From: Nitrospirota bacterium
Lineage (GTDB): Bacteria; Nitrospirota; Thermodesulfovibrionia; Thermodesulfovibrionales; Dissulfurispiraceae
Assembly: GCA_963790025.1 (NCBI GenBank)
Contig: CAWBMP010000002.1
Location: forward strand, 256,001-320,000
Direction of reading: 5' to 3'
Length of the DNA stretch: 64,000 nt
Below are positions 47,513-56,070 of the stretch, one piece after another. Below the pieces are notes generated by a model that saw only the letters and a program-made list of their open reading frames with translations, did not search any database and was not told where the DNA came from. How positions within the stretch are numbered: the stretch's first letter is position 1; every line of letters starts with the position of its first letter. Both the position numbers and the translations under genes were made by a program.

Positions 47513-49728
47513 TTTTTCGCTGATTTTGTCCTCCCTGCAAGACGAAGGATTTTGGCTAAAATATTTTGTTTTTCACTTTCTGCAGACCGTTTTTCCTTGT
47601 AGTATTTATGCATTGCGCTGCTAAAGAAGTCCGGATTTACTTCGGGTTTCAAATGATTAAGTATAATGCCCCGTATTTTTCCTCCGACTTTCTCCAGCAT
47701 TAATGTTGTTCTTTTTAAAGCATTCCTTGAAGTTTTCCCGGCCTCGTATACTACAAGGATCCCATCCACCACGCTCCCGAGTATTACAGCATCGGACACA
47801 GGCAGAACAGGCGGGCTATCAAATATGATTAAATCGTAGTTATCCCCCATTTCCTTAATAAATCCGGGAAACCTGCTGGAATTCAGGAATTCAGAAGGCC
47901 GTGTTACAGGTGCTCCGCTTGTAATTATGCTTATGTTTTCCATCCCGGGAAGGCTCATAAGATCATCGACTTTTATCTCTCCCAGCATAATATCCATTAT
48001 GGTCCTGACCACCTCTTGCCATGTGTAATTACCGAGAATTATATTACTCAGTCCAGGCTCCCTCCCGAGGCCGAAATCCAGATGTATGTTTGGGTTTCTC
48101 AAATCGGCATCGACAATAAGCACCCTCTTCCCTGCCTGTGCCAGAACGATCGCAAGGTTTAAAACAGTAAGAGACTTCCCCTCTCCTCCCGATGAACTCG
48201 TAATCATAAGGCTTTTCAGATTTTTCTCTGCAGTGTCAAAAAAGATGTTTGTGCGCAAGGAGCGATAACACTCGGCAGGGATGGAGTTTGACATAAAATG
48301 GCTGATAAGCCGCAGATATTTCTTTATTTGATCACCCTCTATTTTATATGTCTCCTGTAAAAAATCTGTCACATCAGCCGTATCAAGCTTGGGGATAACA
48401 GCAATAACCGGTATGCCGATAAACAACTCCACATCCTCTATTGTGCCTATGGACGTATCAAGGGACTCTAAAACAAAGACAAATACAATACCGAATATTC
48501 CACCTAGTACCAGCCCGAGCATCGCATTCTGGAATGTTTTCGGCGGGTTAATGCGCTCGGTAGGCTCGGTTGCCCTCTTGATTATGCTGACTTCTTCCAC
48601 TTTTTCGGATTCTTTGATAAGGACTTCCTGATATTTTGTCCTCAAGAGGGAAAAAAGGTCCTGATCTATCTTTATTTCCCTCTCGAGGCGGTTTACTTCC
48701 ATCGCAGTCGGGGGCAGCTCGTAAAGCTTCCCCCTGAGATTGCCCATTGCAGCCAAATTTGATTCCTTCATGCTCTGCACGGTCCTGAGTTTCGCTTGAA
48801 TCTGATACATCAATTCAGTACGGACATTTAATATCTTATCATCCACATCCTTCACCTGGGGATGCGCCGGAGTGAAACCTATTAAAAGGTTGTCTCTTTC
48901 AAGCATTAATTCGCTTAGTCTGGCATTCAACCTTGCTATGATACCCGTGGTCGCATCACCCTCGGTGTAGGGCCTCGGCTTTGCCTGAACAGGGATTGCT
49001 TTTCCTTCCCTTAGAACGTCCAGGTAGTATTCATATTCCTTCATGGCCATATCTAGACGATCCTTCTCCGACTCCATCTTTGAGAATCTGTCCAGTGTGT
49101 TTTTCTCTTCATCTGATATCGATACTATGTCTTTTGCCGTTCTATATGTGTTCAGCGCATCCTCAGCTGTTTTTAATCTTGATTCCACGGTTTTAAGCTG
49201 TTCCTCTATGAATTTCTTTGCTTCGAATATCTGTCTGTTCTTTAAAAGTATATTTTCCTCTTTGTATTTCTCAACAACCAGATTTGCCAGCCTCTCAGCT
49301 TCTTTCGGATCGCTCGAGGATATCGTCACATCTATAATGCTCGCATTGCCCTCCTGCTCAGTCTTGATACGGCCCTGTAGTTCAGAGATGATCTTCCCGT
49401 ACTTCTCGTTGTCGGGAGCAGCATCGCGCGGTATGAGACCATCTGCCTTCGCGACCTTTTCAAGAACAGCGTAGCTCTTGATCATCAATCCAGCCGTGGA
49501 AATAGGATCACCGCTCGAAACTGAAAGGACCTCAACAAAAAGACCCACTGTGCTGGTGGACCTCTCTACCCTTACGCTTGCAGTAGCGTTATAAAGGGCC
49601 TCTTTCTTCTGGACAACAGTTACTGCAACGGTAACTATCTGGAATACCAGCGCAGTGATGACGATGATTCGCCACCTTTTCTTTATTATGCGCCAGTAAT
49701 CCCGTATGCTTAATTCGTATTGCTTCAT
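47509..49728 (-). CDS. wzc: Wzc-type polysaccharide co-polymerase/tyrosine kinase
   Basis: Two TM helices flanking a coiled coil, ECYRSLRTN, GEGKS, DADLRNP, DSPP; short YY tail; likely start MKQYEL. Confidence 0.92.
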   Translation of the reverse strand: MKQYELSIRDYWRIIKKRWRIIVITALVFQIVTVAVTVVQKKEALYNATASVRVERSTSTVGLFVEVLSVSSGDPISTAGLMIKSYAVLEKVAKADGLIPRDAAPDNEKYGKIISELQGRIKTEQEGNASIIDVTISSSDPKEAERLANLVVEKYKEENILLKNRQIFEAKKFIEEQLKTVESRLKTAEDALNTYRTAKDIVSISDEEKNTLDRFSKMESEKDRLDMAMKEYEYYLDVLREGKAIPVQAKPRPYTEGDATTGIIARLNARLSELMLERDNLLIGFTPAHPQVKDVDDKILNVRTELMYQIQAKLRTVQSMKESNLAAMGNLRGKLYELPPTAMEVNRLEREIKIDQDLFSLLRTKYQEVLIKESEKVEEVSIIKRATEPTERINPPKTFQNAMLGLVLGGIFGIVFVFVLESLDTSIGTIEDVELFIGIPVIAVIPKLDTADVTDFLQETYKIEGDQIKKYLRLISHFMSNSIPAECYRSLRTNIFFDTAEKNLKSLMITSSSGGEGKSLTVLNLAIVLAQAGKRVLIVDADLRNPNIHLDFGLGREPGLSNIILGNYTWQEVVRTIMDIMLGEIKVDDLMSLPGMENISIITSGAPVTRPSEFLNSSRFPGFIKEMGDNYDLIIFDSPPVLPVSDAVILGSVVDGILVVYEAGKTSRNALKRTTLMLEKVGGKIRGIILNHLKPEVNPDFFSSAMHKYYKEKRSAESEKQNILAKILRLAGRTKSAKK

Positions 49729-49729
49729 T

Positions 49730-52441
49730 TTACCTGACCGGGGACGGGAATGTTGATTGGTACGTACTATAGGGAGCAAAGGGCAGCGTCAGGAACTGCA
49801 GTGTAGGAGCTAATTCGCCAATGAACACGTTCCAGTTGGCGATCCGTGTTCTGGGCACATATATGATATCGTTCTTTAGCAGGGTTATATCTTTTGTCAG
49901 GTCGCCCTTCTGAAGCATGGTTTTGATATCCGCCGAGAGGATTTGGGGTTTTTCAAGTCCTCCCCTTATTACCCGCACATCTTCAATTACAGCAGAGTCT
50001 TTATAACCCTTTGCCGTCCCTATCGCCTGCAAAAGAGTCATATCCGTAGTTAACGGGTATACCCCCGGATTAGCTACCTCGCCAAAGATAAATATATTTT
50101 GCGAAGAACCGCCGGCGTTGGTCGGGACATGAATTATATCTCCGCTTTCGAGAATGATATCTTTGGATTTATCTCCGCTTAACATTGCCTCATAGAGATT
50201 TATCTTGTGTTTCGTGCCGTCCAGCTTTGTTATCTCTATATTTTCGAGATCCGGAGGTTTAGTAAAGCCTCCAGTCGTAACTATAAATCTGGAAAGTGTA
50301 ATCTTCCCTTTGAGCGGATATATGTCTCCTATCCCCTGCCCCGTACCTTTTTGTATGGCGCCGAGCAGCATGACGGTCCTGCCCTTATATTCTTTAACCG
50401 ACACTTCGACTCTCGGCTCTCTAATATATACTGAAAGAGCATTCTTTAAAGCTGCCTCAGCCTGCCTTGCCGTCATATCACTCATTTTTACATCAACAAG
50501 CCCGAACGTGATAAAGCCGTCCTTTCTTACGACAACGTCATAATTCTTTGCTTCAAAGCCCTGCCACATTTTTATTTCCAGCAAATCCCCGGCAGCAATA
50601 AGGTATTCAGGTACACCGGACTCGCTTGTAAATGTGTTGTTTTTTTCAATTGCAGCATCATTTGCCAGGGCAGTGGATATGCCCATAAAGACCAGTGCGC
50701 AAATGATAATGGAAATGATTATTTTCTTAAACTTGCTTACAGGCTGGAGAACAGCAAGAGATAAAATCTCCCTTAATCGGTAAAGATAGAGCCGGTATGT
50801 CCCTGATGTCGACAGCCTGCTGTATGGGCAGGGCAGCCTTTTATTGACAACCCACGCCGGTGGAAACAGTGTCCTGAAAATAAACGATACTTTTTTTATA
50901 ATGCCCTCATTCATTTCCAGGTGGACCAGATAACTTAATCCAGAGGGGCAATTTCCCCTTGCTGCAATATGATAAAACAACCTTTCTCCGTGAGATTTCT
51001 TATAAGCGCCTAATTCCAGCAATACCCATTCAGGAATATCGATTCCCATATTCAATTTGCTCATGGATAGAATATTATACACAAATCTGTGAACGCTGAA
51101 TTCCCTGCTGGTACTAATAATTTTCCGCCAATCCAGCACAGATTCATATATCGACACAAGGGTTGCAATGTCCAGAAGATAAATAAGCTTGGACGCCGAG
51201 TGGGTCACCCTCATGGCATGTTCGCAAAGGTGGACCAGAAAATGGTGCGGCGACATGCATAATACCCCGGCGCCGGCAATTTTGGAAGGCACGGCATCCT
51301 TCCATATCTGATCCATTTTTACTGCCTTTGCATATGGGGCAGGGATGGAAGAGTTTACAAGATGCCAGTGAATATGAAAAGATGGATGCATGGGATTCCG
51401 GCTCCTGTAGTCACGGGTAGTCAAATAGTTATTCTCGTTATCAACACCATCAAAAAAAGACAGATCTATCGCAGTATATCCCATTTTTTCGAGCACATCG
51501 TTTGCCTTCTCAAGATCATCAGTTTTGAGAAGTAAATCTATGTCGGACATCTCTCTGATTCCTATATCCGGATACACAAGTTCCGCGAGGGCGGCCCCCT
51601 TCATTACTATGACATCTATCTGCCGCTCTCCCAATTCTTTGACAACCCTGTTGAACTCTGAATAAAGTATTGTGTTTCTTGCAGCGGTAACAAAATAATC
51701 CCTTCTCAGCTCTGCGATAAAATTATCAAACGCTCCTGTCTCCGGCTCCTTACTCCTTCCCCCCTGCACTTTTTTTAAAACCGCATATATCTTCTGCGAC
51801 ACCCTGTTATCTCTTGCAATTGTCAAACACTTTGACAGATCTATGAAATCCTTCAGGGCCATTGCAGTATCAGAGGCTGCTGCGGCAGGTGAAAAATCTG
51901 CCTGCAGTAAAGACACGAGAAACATCTCTTCTCTTGATTTTGAAACCATTCCTTCCGGGGCATAAAAACCCTTATAACCTCTTATTCTCTCATAAAGAGC
52001 AGCAGTCAGCGGCGACAGGTAATACGCCAGCTTATTGAATTTTGAAAATATCCCTTTCCCCAGATGAACCAACATTCCGCATTTCGCTACCGCGTATACG
52101 CGCCCAAGAATATCGCTTGCTCTTACAGGGGCGTCAGCAGATGAAAATGTATCGCCTTTAGTCAGGAAGATGAATCCATCGTCACTCTCACTCGAAAGGA
52201 CCTTCGATTCTCCTGAGACCCTTTTTCGGCAGCTATCAACAAGCCGGTGCGCTATCATGTGTTCATCTCTTTTATATAGAATGATATCGCCGGCAGACAA
52301 ATCCTCGGGTTTTACGGGTTCGACGTAGATTGTGTCACCCGATCTTAAAACAGGCGACATGCTACCGCCCGTTACGCGCGTGCTCAGGTTTTTGCCGTCA
52401 GTCAGCAGGCCCTCTGCAAGCTGTAAATGATTTACTTTCAA
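49730..52441 (-). CDS. Fusion of S24/S26 peptidase, NTP_transf_5-type nucleotidyltransferase and Wza-like polysaccharide export/SLBB domains
   Basis: GGSMSPVLRSGD..AHRL..TKGD; MKGAALAELVYPDIGIREMSDIDLL; internal hydrophobic signal ending STALA; YLIAAGD..VRKDGFI, IFGEVANPGVY, NDIIYVP. TTG start at 52441 after GAGGAG. Confidence 0.88.
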   Translation of the reverse strand: MKVNHLQLAEGLLTDGKNLSTRVTGGSMSPVLRSGDTIYVEPVKPEDLSAGDIILYKRDEHMIAHRLVDSCRKRVSGESKVLSSESDDGFIFLTKGDTFSSADAPVRASDILGRVYAVAKCGMLVHLGKGIFSKFNKLAYYLSPLTAALYERIRGYKGFYAPEGMVSKSREEMFLVSLLQADFSPAAAASDTAMALKDFIDLSKCLTIARDNRVSQKIYAVLKKVQGGRSKEPETGAFDNFIAELRRDYFVTAARNTILYSEFNRVVKELGERQIDVIVMKGAALAELVYPDIGIREMSDIDLLLKTDDLEKANDVLEKMGYTAIDLSFFDGVDNENNYLTTRDYRSRNPMHPSFHIHWHLVNSSIPAPYAKAVKMDQIWKDAVPSKIAGAGVLCMSPHHFLVHLCEHAMRVTHSASKLIYLLDIATLVSIYESVLDWRKIISTSREFSVHRFVYNILSMSKLNMGIDIPEWVLLELGAYKKSHGERLFYHIAARGNCPSGLSYLVHLEMNEGIIKKVSFIFRTLFPPAWVVNKRLPCPYSRLSTSGTYRLYLYRLREILSLAVLQPVSKFKKIIISIIICALVFMGISTALANDAAIEKNNTFTSESGVPEYLIAAGDLLEIKMWQGFEAKNYDVVVRKDGFITFGLVDVKMSDMTARQAEAALKNALSVYIREPRVEVSVKEYKGRTVMLLGAIQKGTGQGIGDIYPLKGKITLSRFIVTTGGFTKPPDLENIEITKLDGTKHKINLYEAMLSGDKSKDIILESGDIIHVPTNAGGSSQNIFIFGEVANPGVYPLTTDMTLLQAIGTAKGYKDSAVIEDVRVIRGGLEKPQILSADIKTMLQKGDLTKDITLLKNDIIYVPRTRIANWNVFIGELAPTLQFLTLPFAPYSTYQSTFPSPVR

Positions 52442-53319
52442 AAACTCCTCAAATAGTCGACCACATCTTCGACCGGCAAAAAACATAAATCGAATGAATC
52501 AACGCGCTGTCCGATTTGACCTAAAAATTCTACGGAATATTCCATTCCATCCTTGTTCCAGAAAGGAAGGAATGCATTTTTGATCAGTTCTGAAACCGGT
52601 TTCATCCCGCTGACCGGCGCAGCTATGTTGCATTCTGCATGCCTGACAAAAAAAATCTTATTAATGGGCACGCGTGAATTAACTGCATAATTGGCAGAGC
52701 CGTGCCATGGTGTGCCGTAAGCAAAAAAACCCTCATCAGACTCTGATACAAGCACCCTGTCATCGCTTAAAACTTTGACTCCCTGTTTCCCGTTCCATAA
52801 ATTTGCCATCGTGCTTTTGCCGGCGCCTGACCGGCCGACGAATAAATAACCTTTGCCGTTATCGTCCACACAGGATGAATGAAGCAGTACGCCATTGCCT
52901 CTGCCAAGCAGAATTATTGTCAACACTTCCAGGAAGGGGTATAAAAAATGATCTATGCCGGCCTTGTCAATATAAACAGTGCCGCATGTAAAATCCTCGT
53001 CAAACACCGCAAATAATTGTGGGTGGCTGCCTTTTCTTAAAGGTGGGACAGCCAGGGCAAATTTTGAAATTCCGTAAAGCCCCCATGTTGCGTCCGTCGC
53101 AAAAATTACGTGGTCTTGGACGTGCTCTTGTTGAAAGTCGCGTTTTGATAAACGTCCGGCAATAGATAACCGGCAGATAGAAACCGCGTCTGTGTCTCCT
53201 GAAATAAAAAACGGACCAAGACTTTCATCAAGCCTTATGTCATCCTCACAGGAAATGGAATAACCAATACCTCCGATGCGGATCTTTTGCTCACGCAAAC
53301 TGCTATTTCCAATCAACAT
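52438..53319 (-). CDS. HprK-related kinase (ScmC/lasso-peptide kinase-like)
   Basis: LLHSS, GRSGAGKST, LSDDR, GTPWHG. Confidence 0.85.
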   Translation of the reverse strand: MLIGNSSLREQKIRIGGIGYSISCEDDIRLDESLGPFFISGDTDAVSICRLSIAGRLSKRDFQQEHVQDHVIFATDATWGLYGISKFALAVPPLRKGSHPQLFAVFDEDFTCGTVYIDKAGIDHFLYPFLEVLTIILLGRGNGVLLHSSCVDDNGKGYLFVGRSGAGKSTMANLWNGKQGVKVLSDDRVLVSESDEGFFAYGTPWHGSANYAVNSRVPINKIFFVRHAECNIAAPVSGMKPVSELIKNAFLPFWNKDGMEYSVEFLGQIGQRVDSFDLCFLPVEDVVDYLRSF

Positions 53320-53346
53320 TTTGACACAGGCATTTTGCCGGGACTT

Positions 53347-53508
53347 TTAGCTGCCCACGCTGCAATTAGCGCAAGTTGCTTTGCTTCTGCACCTTCCCAT
53401 GAACATGTTATTACCGGCTGCAGTTTTGCAATTTGCGAGTATAGCCTCATCGGGAGTTAATTCAACTTTGTGAATTTCAGGCTTCATATAAGGTTTCTTT
53501 TTTTCCAT
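53347..53508 (-). CDS. Putative 53-aa Cys-rich RiPP precursor (not in ORF track)
   Basis: GGAG RBS; MEKKKPYMKPEIHKVELTPDEAILANCKTAAGNNMFMGRCRSKATCANCSVGS*; fills the gap between the radical SAM and kinase genes. Confidence 0.85.
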   Translation of the reverse strand: MEKKKPYMKPEIHKVELTPDEAILANCKTAAGNNMFMGRCRSKATCANCSVGS

Positions 53509-54566
53509 GGCGCCATCTCCTTTTTTATAAGCTCTGATCTTTTATGAGCTATGTCACACAGATAATTTACAGGGCTTTCCCCACTCCTGTCACCTTCAAG
53601 CATCGATATGCCGGGGCAACTGTCACAAAATACGGCATATTCGCACCCCGCACAGTTTTTCGCCCCTGTTAATCTTCTTTCCCTGACAGCTGCAAACTTG
53701 CGGTAGCCTGCCATAAAACTATTATGCCTCAAGTCACAGTCCGGCTCCGGCACGAAGCCGCATATCCGCAATCTGCCCGAGGGATTAATATGGAACCTGC
53801 CTCTTCCCGCGCCGCAGTTAAAAAGATATTCTTCGCTTGCGGGCCCATTAAATTTTTCGTATAAATCTACCCATTCCCTTTTCCGCTCTTGATCGTTCAT
53901 ATCGAGTTCAACAACTTCGTCAGCGGTCACTCTTACATGATACGGTGACTTGGAACCGTCAAGAGTTGGGTTAATTGTGGGATCATATTTGAATTTTAAG
54001 CCGAGGGATCCGGCAAATCGTTTCATTTCCGCAATCTCATGTCTATTGATAGTTGTGACCATGGTCTTCAAAGATAATGGAATTTTATGCCTTACCAACA
54101 GTTGTATCCCATTGATACAGGCGTCATATGAACCGGCCACACCTGTAATTGACTCGTAAGTCTCCCTGCTCGCGCCGTAAAGCGTAATTTCGACTGAAAA
54201 AGGCCTCCACTTATTTAAAAATACCGCGGTGTCTTCGGTAATCAATGTACCGTTGGTAAAGAGTGTGATTATCAAGCCCTTCTTTTTTGCATATTTGTAA
54301 ATGTCATAAAAATCGTCTCTGATCAGAGGTTCGCCGCCTGTGATAAGAAGCCAGAGACATCCCGCGTCTACGATCTCATCCAGAATACGGTGTATCTCTC
54401 CGCAGGTAAGTTCATTTGCCCCCGAATTGTCTCTTATATAACAGTGGTTGCAGGTAAGATTGCAGTGTGTGGTCAGTTCTATTGTTCCGTCAAGCGGTAT
54501 GTCTTTTTCAATAGCTGCTTCATGGAGCCGCTCGCTAAATTTCCAATAATCGATGTGTTGCATCAT
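53484..54566 (-). CDS. Radical SAM/SPASM peptide maturase
   Basis: CNLTCNHC, GGEP, SPASM CGAG...IC...CAGC...CDSCPG...C; coupled to PqqD. Confidence 0.92.
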   Translation of the reverse strand: MMQHIDYWKFSERLHEAAIEKDIPLDGTIELTTHCNLTCNHCYIRDNSGANELTCGEIHRILDEIVDAGCLWLLITGGEPLIRDDFYDIYKYAKKKGLIITLFTNGTLITEDTAVFLNKWRPFSVEITLYGASRETYESITGVAGSYDACINGIQLLVRHKIPLSLKTMVTTINRHEIAEMKRFAGSLGLKFKYDPTINPTLDGSKSPYHVRVTADEVVELDMNDQERKREWVDLYEKFNGPASEEYLFNCGAGRGRFHINPSGRLRICGFVPEPDCDLRHNSFMAGYRKFAAVRERRLTGAKNCAGCEYAVFCDSCPGISMLEGDRSGESPVNYLCDIAHKRSELIKKEMAPWKKRNLI

Positions 54567-54850
54567 GCCTCTTCCAGAAATTTAATGCCGATCAACTCCC
54601 CGATAAATTCAGAGACATCCGCTGCTGCAGTATCAGCAGAGACCTCATATTCATCTTCAATTGCCTTGCACAGCACAGCAATACTCCTGTTGCCGTCCAG
54701 AAGTTCCCAAATCCTTGTGCCTACTTCATTCAAGGTGTATACACTTGACAAATCTCCAGCATTGTTTACTATCGGGACCAGCACGCACTCATCCCCGATC
54801 CTTCTGAATACGACACCCTGGTTCTTTTTGAAGACAGCATGCGGCATCAT
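54563..54850 (-). CDS. PqqD-family RiPP recognition element
   Basis: RRIGDECVLVP..YTLNEVGTRIWELLDG..EYEV..DVSEFI. Confidence 0.92.
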   Translation of the reverse strand: MMPHAVFKKNQGVVFRRIGDECVLVPIVNNAGDLSSVYTLNEVGTRIWELLDGNRSIAVLCKAIEDEYEVSADTAAADVSEFIGELIGIKFLEEA

Positions 54851-56070
54851 TACTCGTTCTTCCCGAGGCTTTGCAATTCATCGATCTCATCGGGAAAACA
54901 TGCCGCTTTTATCTGTAAAACATGGTCCTTCATAAGATCGACGGTTCTTGGTTCATGTATCTTTTGACCGTAGACATCAAAGACTATTTCTATCACCGGC
55001 CGGAGGGGCGCGAGCCTGTTTACGGATATGACCTTTGCGATCTCTTTTGAATTGAGTTTTACATAACTACCAAGCGGAAAGCCTGAAAACTCGTTTACAA
55101 GTACCTTTAGGATGCTGCGGGGAAATTTCTCTTTCGAGGTCATGATTATATGTTTTATCGCGTCGAACGGCAGGTATCTGTCTCTGAACGGCCTTACTTG
55201 CAGCGTTGCGGCGTATATATCGGAGATGCCCACAATACTCGCATTATTTAATATCTCATCGTTCTTAAGCCCGTTGGGATACCCGGACCCATCGCGTCTC
55301 TCATGGGTCTGGTATGCAGATTGGGCAATATCACCGTATCTCGCTTTAAGTTCCTTCAGTCCTTTCAGTATGTTGTATCCTTGTTCAGTGTGCTTTTTCA
55401 TTAAAGCCAATTCCGCGGAAGTTAGCTTCCCCGGCTTTTTGATGATCTCGGGGGAAACCATAAGCATGCCCACATCCTGAAGAAATGTCAGCATTGCCAG
55501 GGCCTCCAGTTCCTCGTCGATCATTTTAAGTCCAATTCCTATTCTGACAGCAATTATTGCGGTGTTCAGGGAATGGATTACAAGCTGTATAACTACATTG
55601 TCGTCTTTTACTCCCTTGTATATGAGCAGTATCCACGGATTGCTGTCCTTTTGCATGCATGAGGCGAAGTTTTTTGCATACGGTACCAGAGGCTCGACAG
55701 AGAAATCCCTGCCTTCCTTAATAAGCTGGAAAACATTAAAGAGGCTTTCCTTTGCGCCGTTGAATAATTCTTTTACGTGCCTGCAGACATCCGGCCTTTC
55801 AGGGACATACTGTCCTTCAATCTTCCTGAAAGCGAGGTCCTTTTTCTCATCCGCGGTCCTGCCTGGTCCATCTGAAATACTAGAGGCCGGCGTCTTCTCA
55901 ATAGCCTTGAATGAGAGGTCTTTTTTTTCAGGAGAGCTCGCACTTGTTACCTCTGCAGTATGGGCTGCGCTATCCTCAAGATTTTTGAATGAAATTCCAT
56001 TTCCACTGGAAGACGTTTTTTTTATGCTCCCAGATTTATCAGTCATCCGAATACCCGTGTTTCCTCTCAT
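54850..56070 (-). CDS. HD-GYP domain protein with degenerate HD
   Basis: HSLNTA, LQDVG instead of LHDIG, KPGKLT, HERRDGSGYPNGL, PLGSYVKL; start may be at MTDKSG. Confidence 0.85.
   Translation of the reverse strand: MRGNTGIRMTDKSGSIKKTSSSGNGISFKNLEDSAAHTAEVTSASSPEKKDLSFKAIEKTPASSISDGPGRTADEKKDLAFRKIEGQYVPERPDVCRHVKELFNGAKESLFNVFQLIKEGRDFSVEPLVPYAKNFASCMQKDSNPWILLIYKGVKDDNVVIQLVIHSLNTAIIAVRIGIGLKMIDEELEALAMLTFLQDVGMLMVSPEIIKKPGKLTSAELALMKKHTEQGYNILKGLKELKARYGDIAQSAYQTHERRDGSGYPNGLKNDEILNNASIVGISDIYAATLQVRPFRDRYLPFDAIKHIIMTSKEKFPRSILKVLVNEFSGFPLGSYVKLNSKEIAKVISVNRLAPLRPVIEIVFDVYGQKIHEPRTVDLMKDHVLQIKAACFPDEIDELQSLGKNE

Noticed and set aside
52438..54850. Lasso peptide cluster (YxxP leader, RRE, kinase, nucleotidyltransferase)
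   Set aside because: No asparagine-synthetase-like cyclase or transglutaminase-like B2 protease in the window; the core is Cys-rich and paired with a radical SAM enzyme.
53484..54850. PQQ biosynthesis (pqqD/pqqE)
   Set aside because: No pqqB or pqqC, and the peptide lacks the ExxxY motif.
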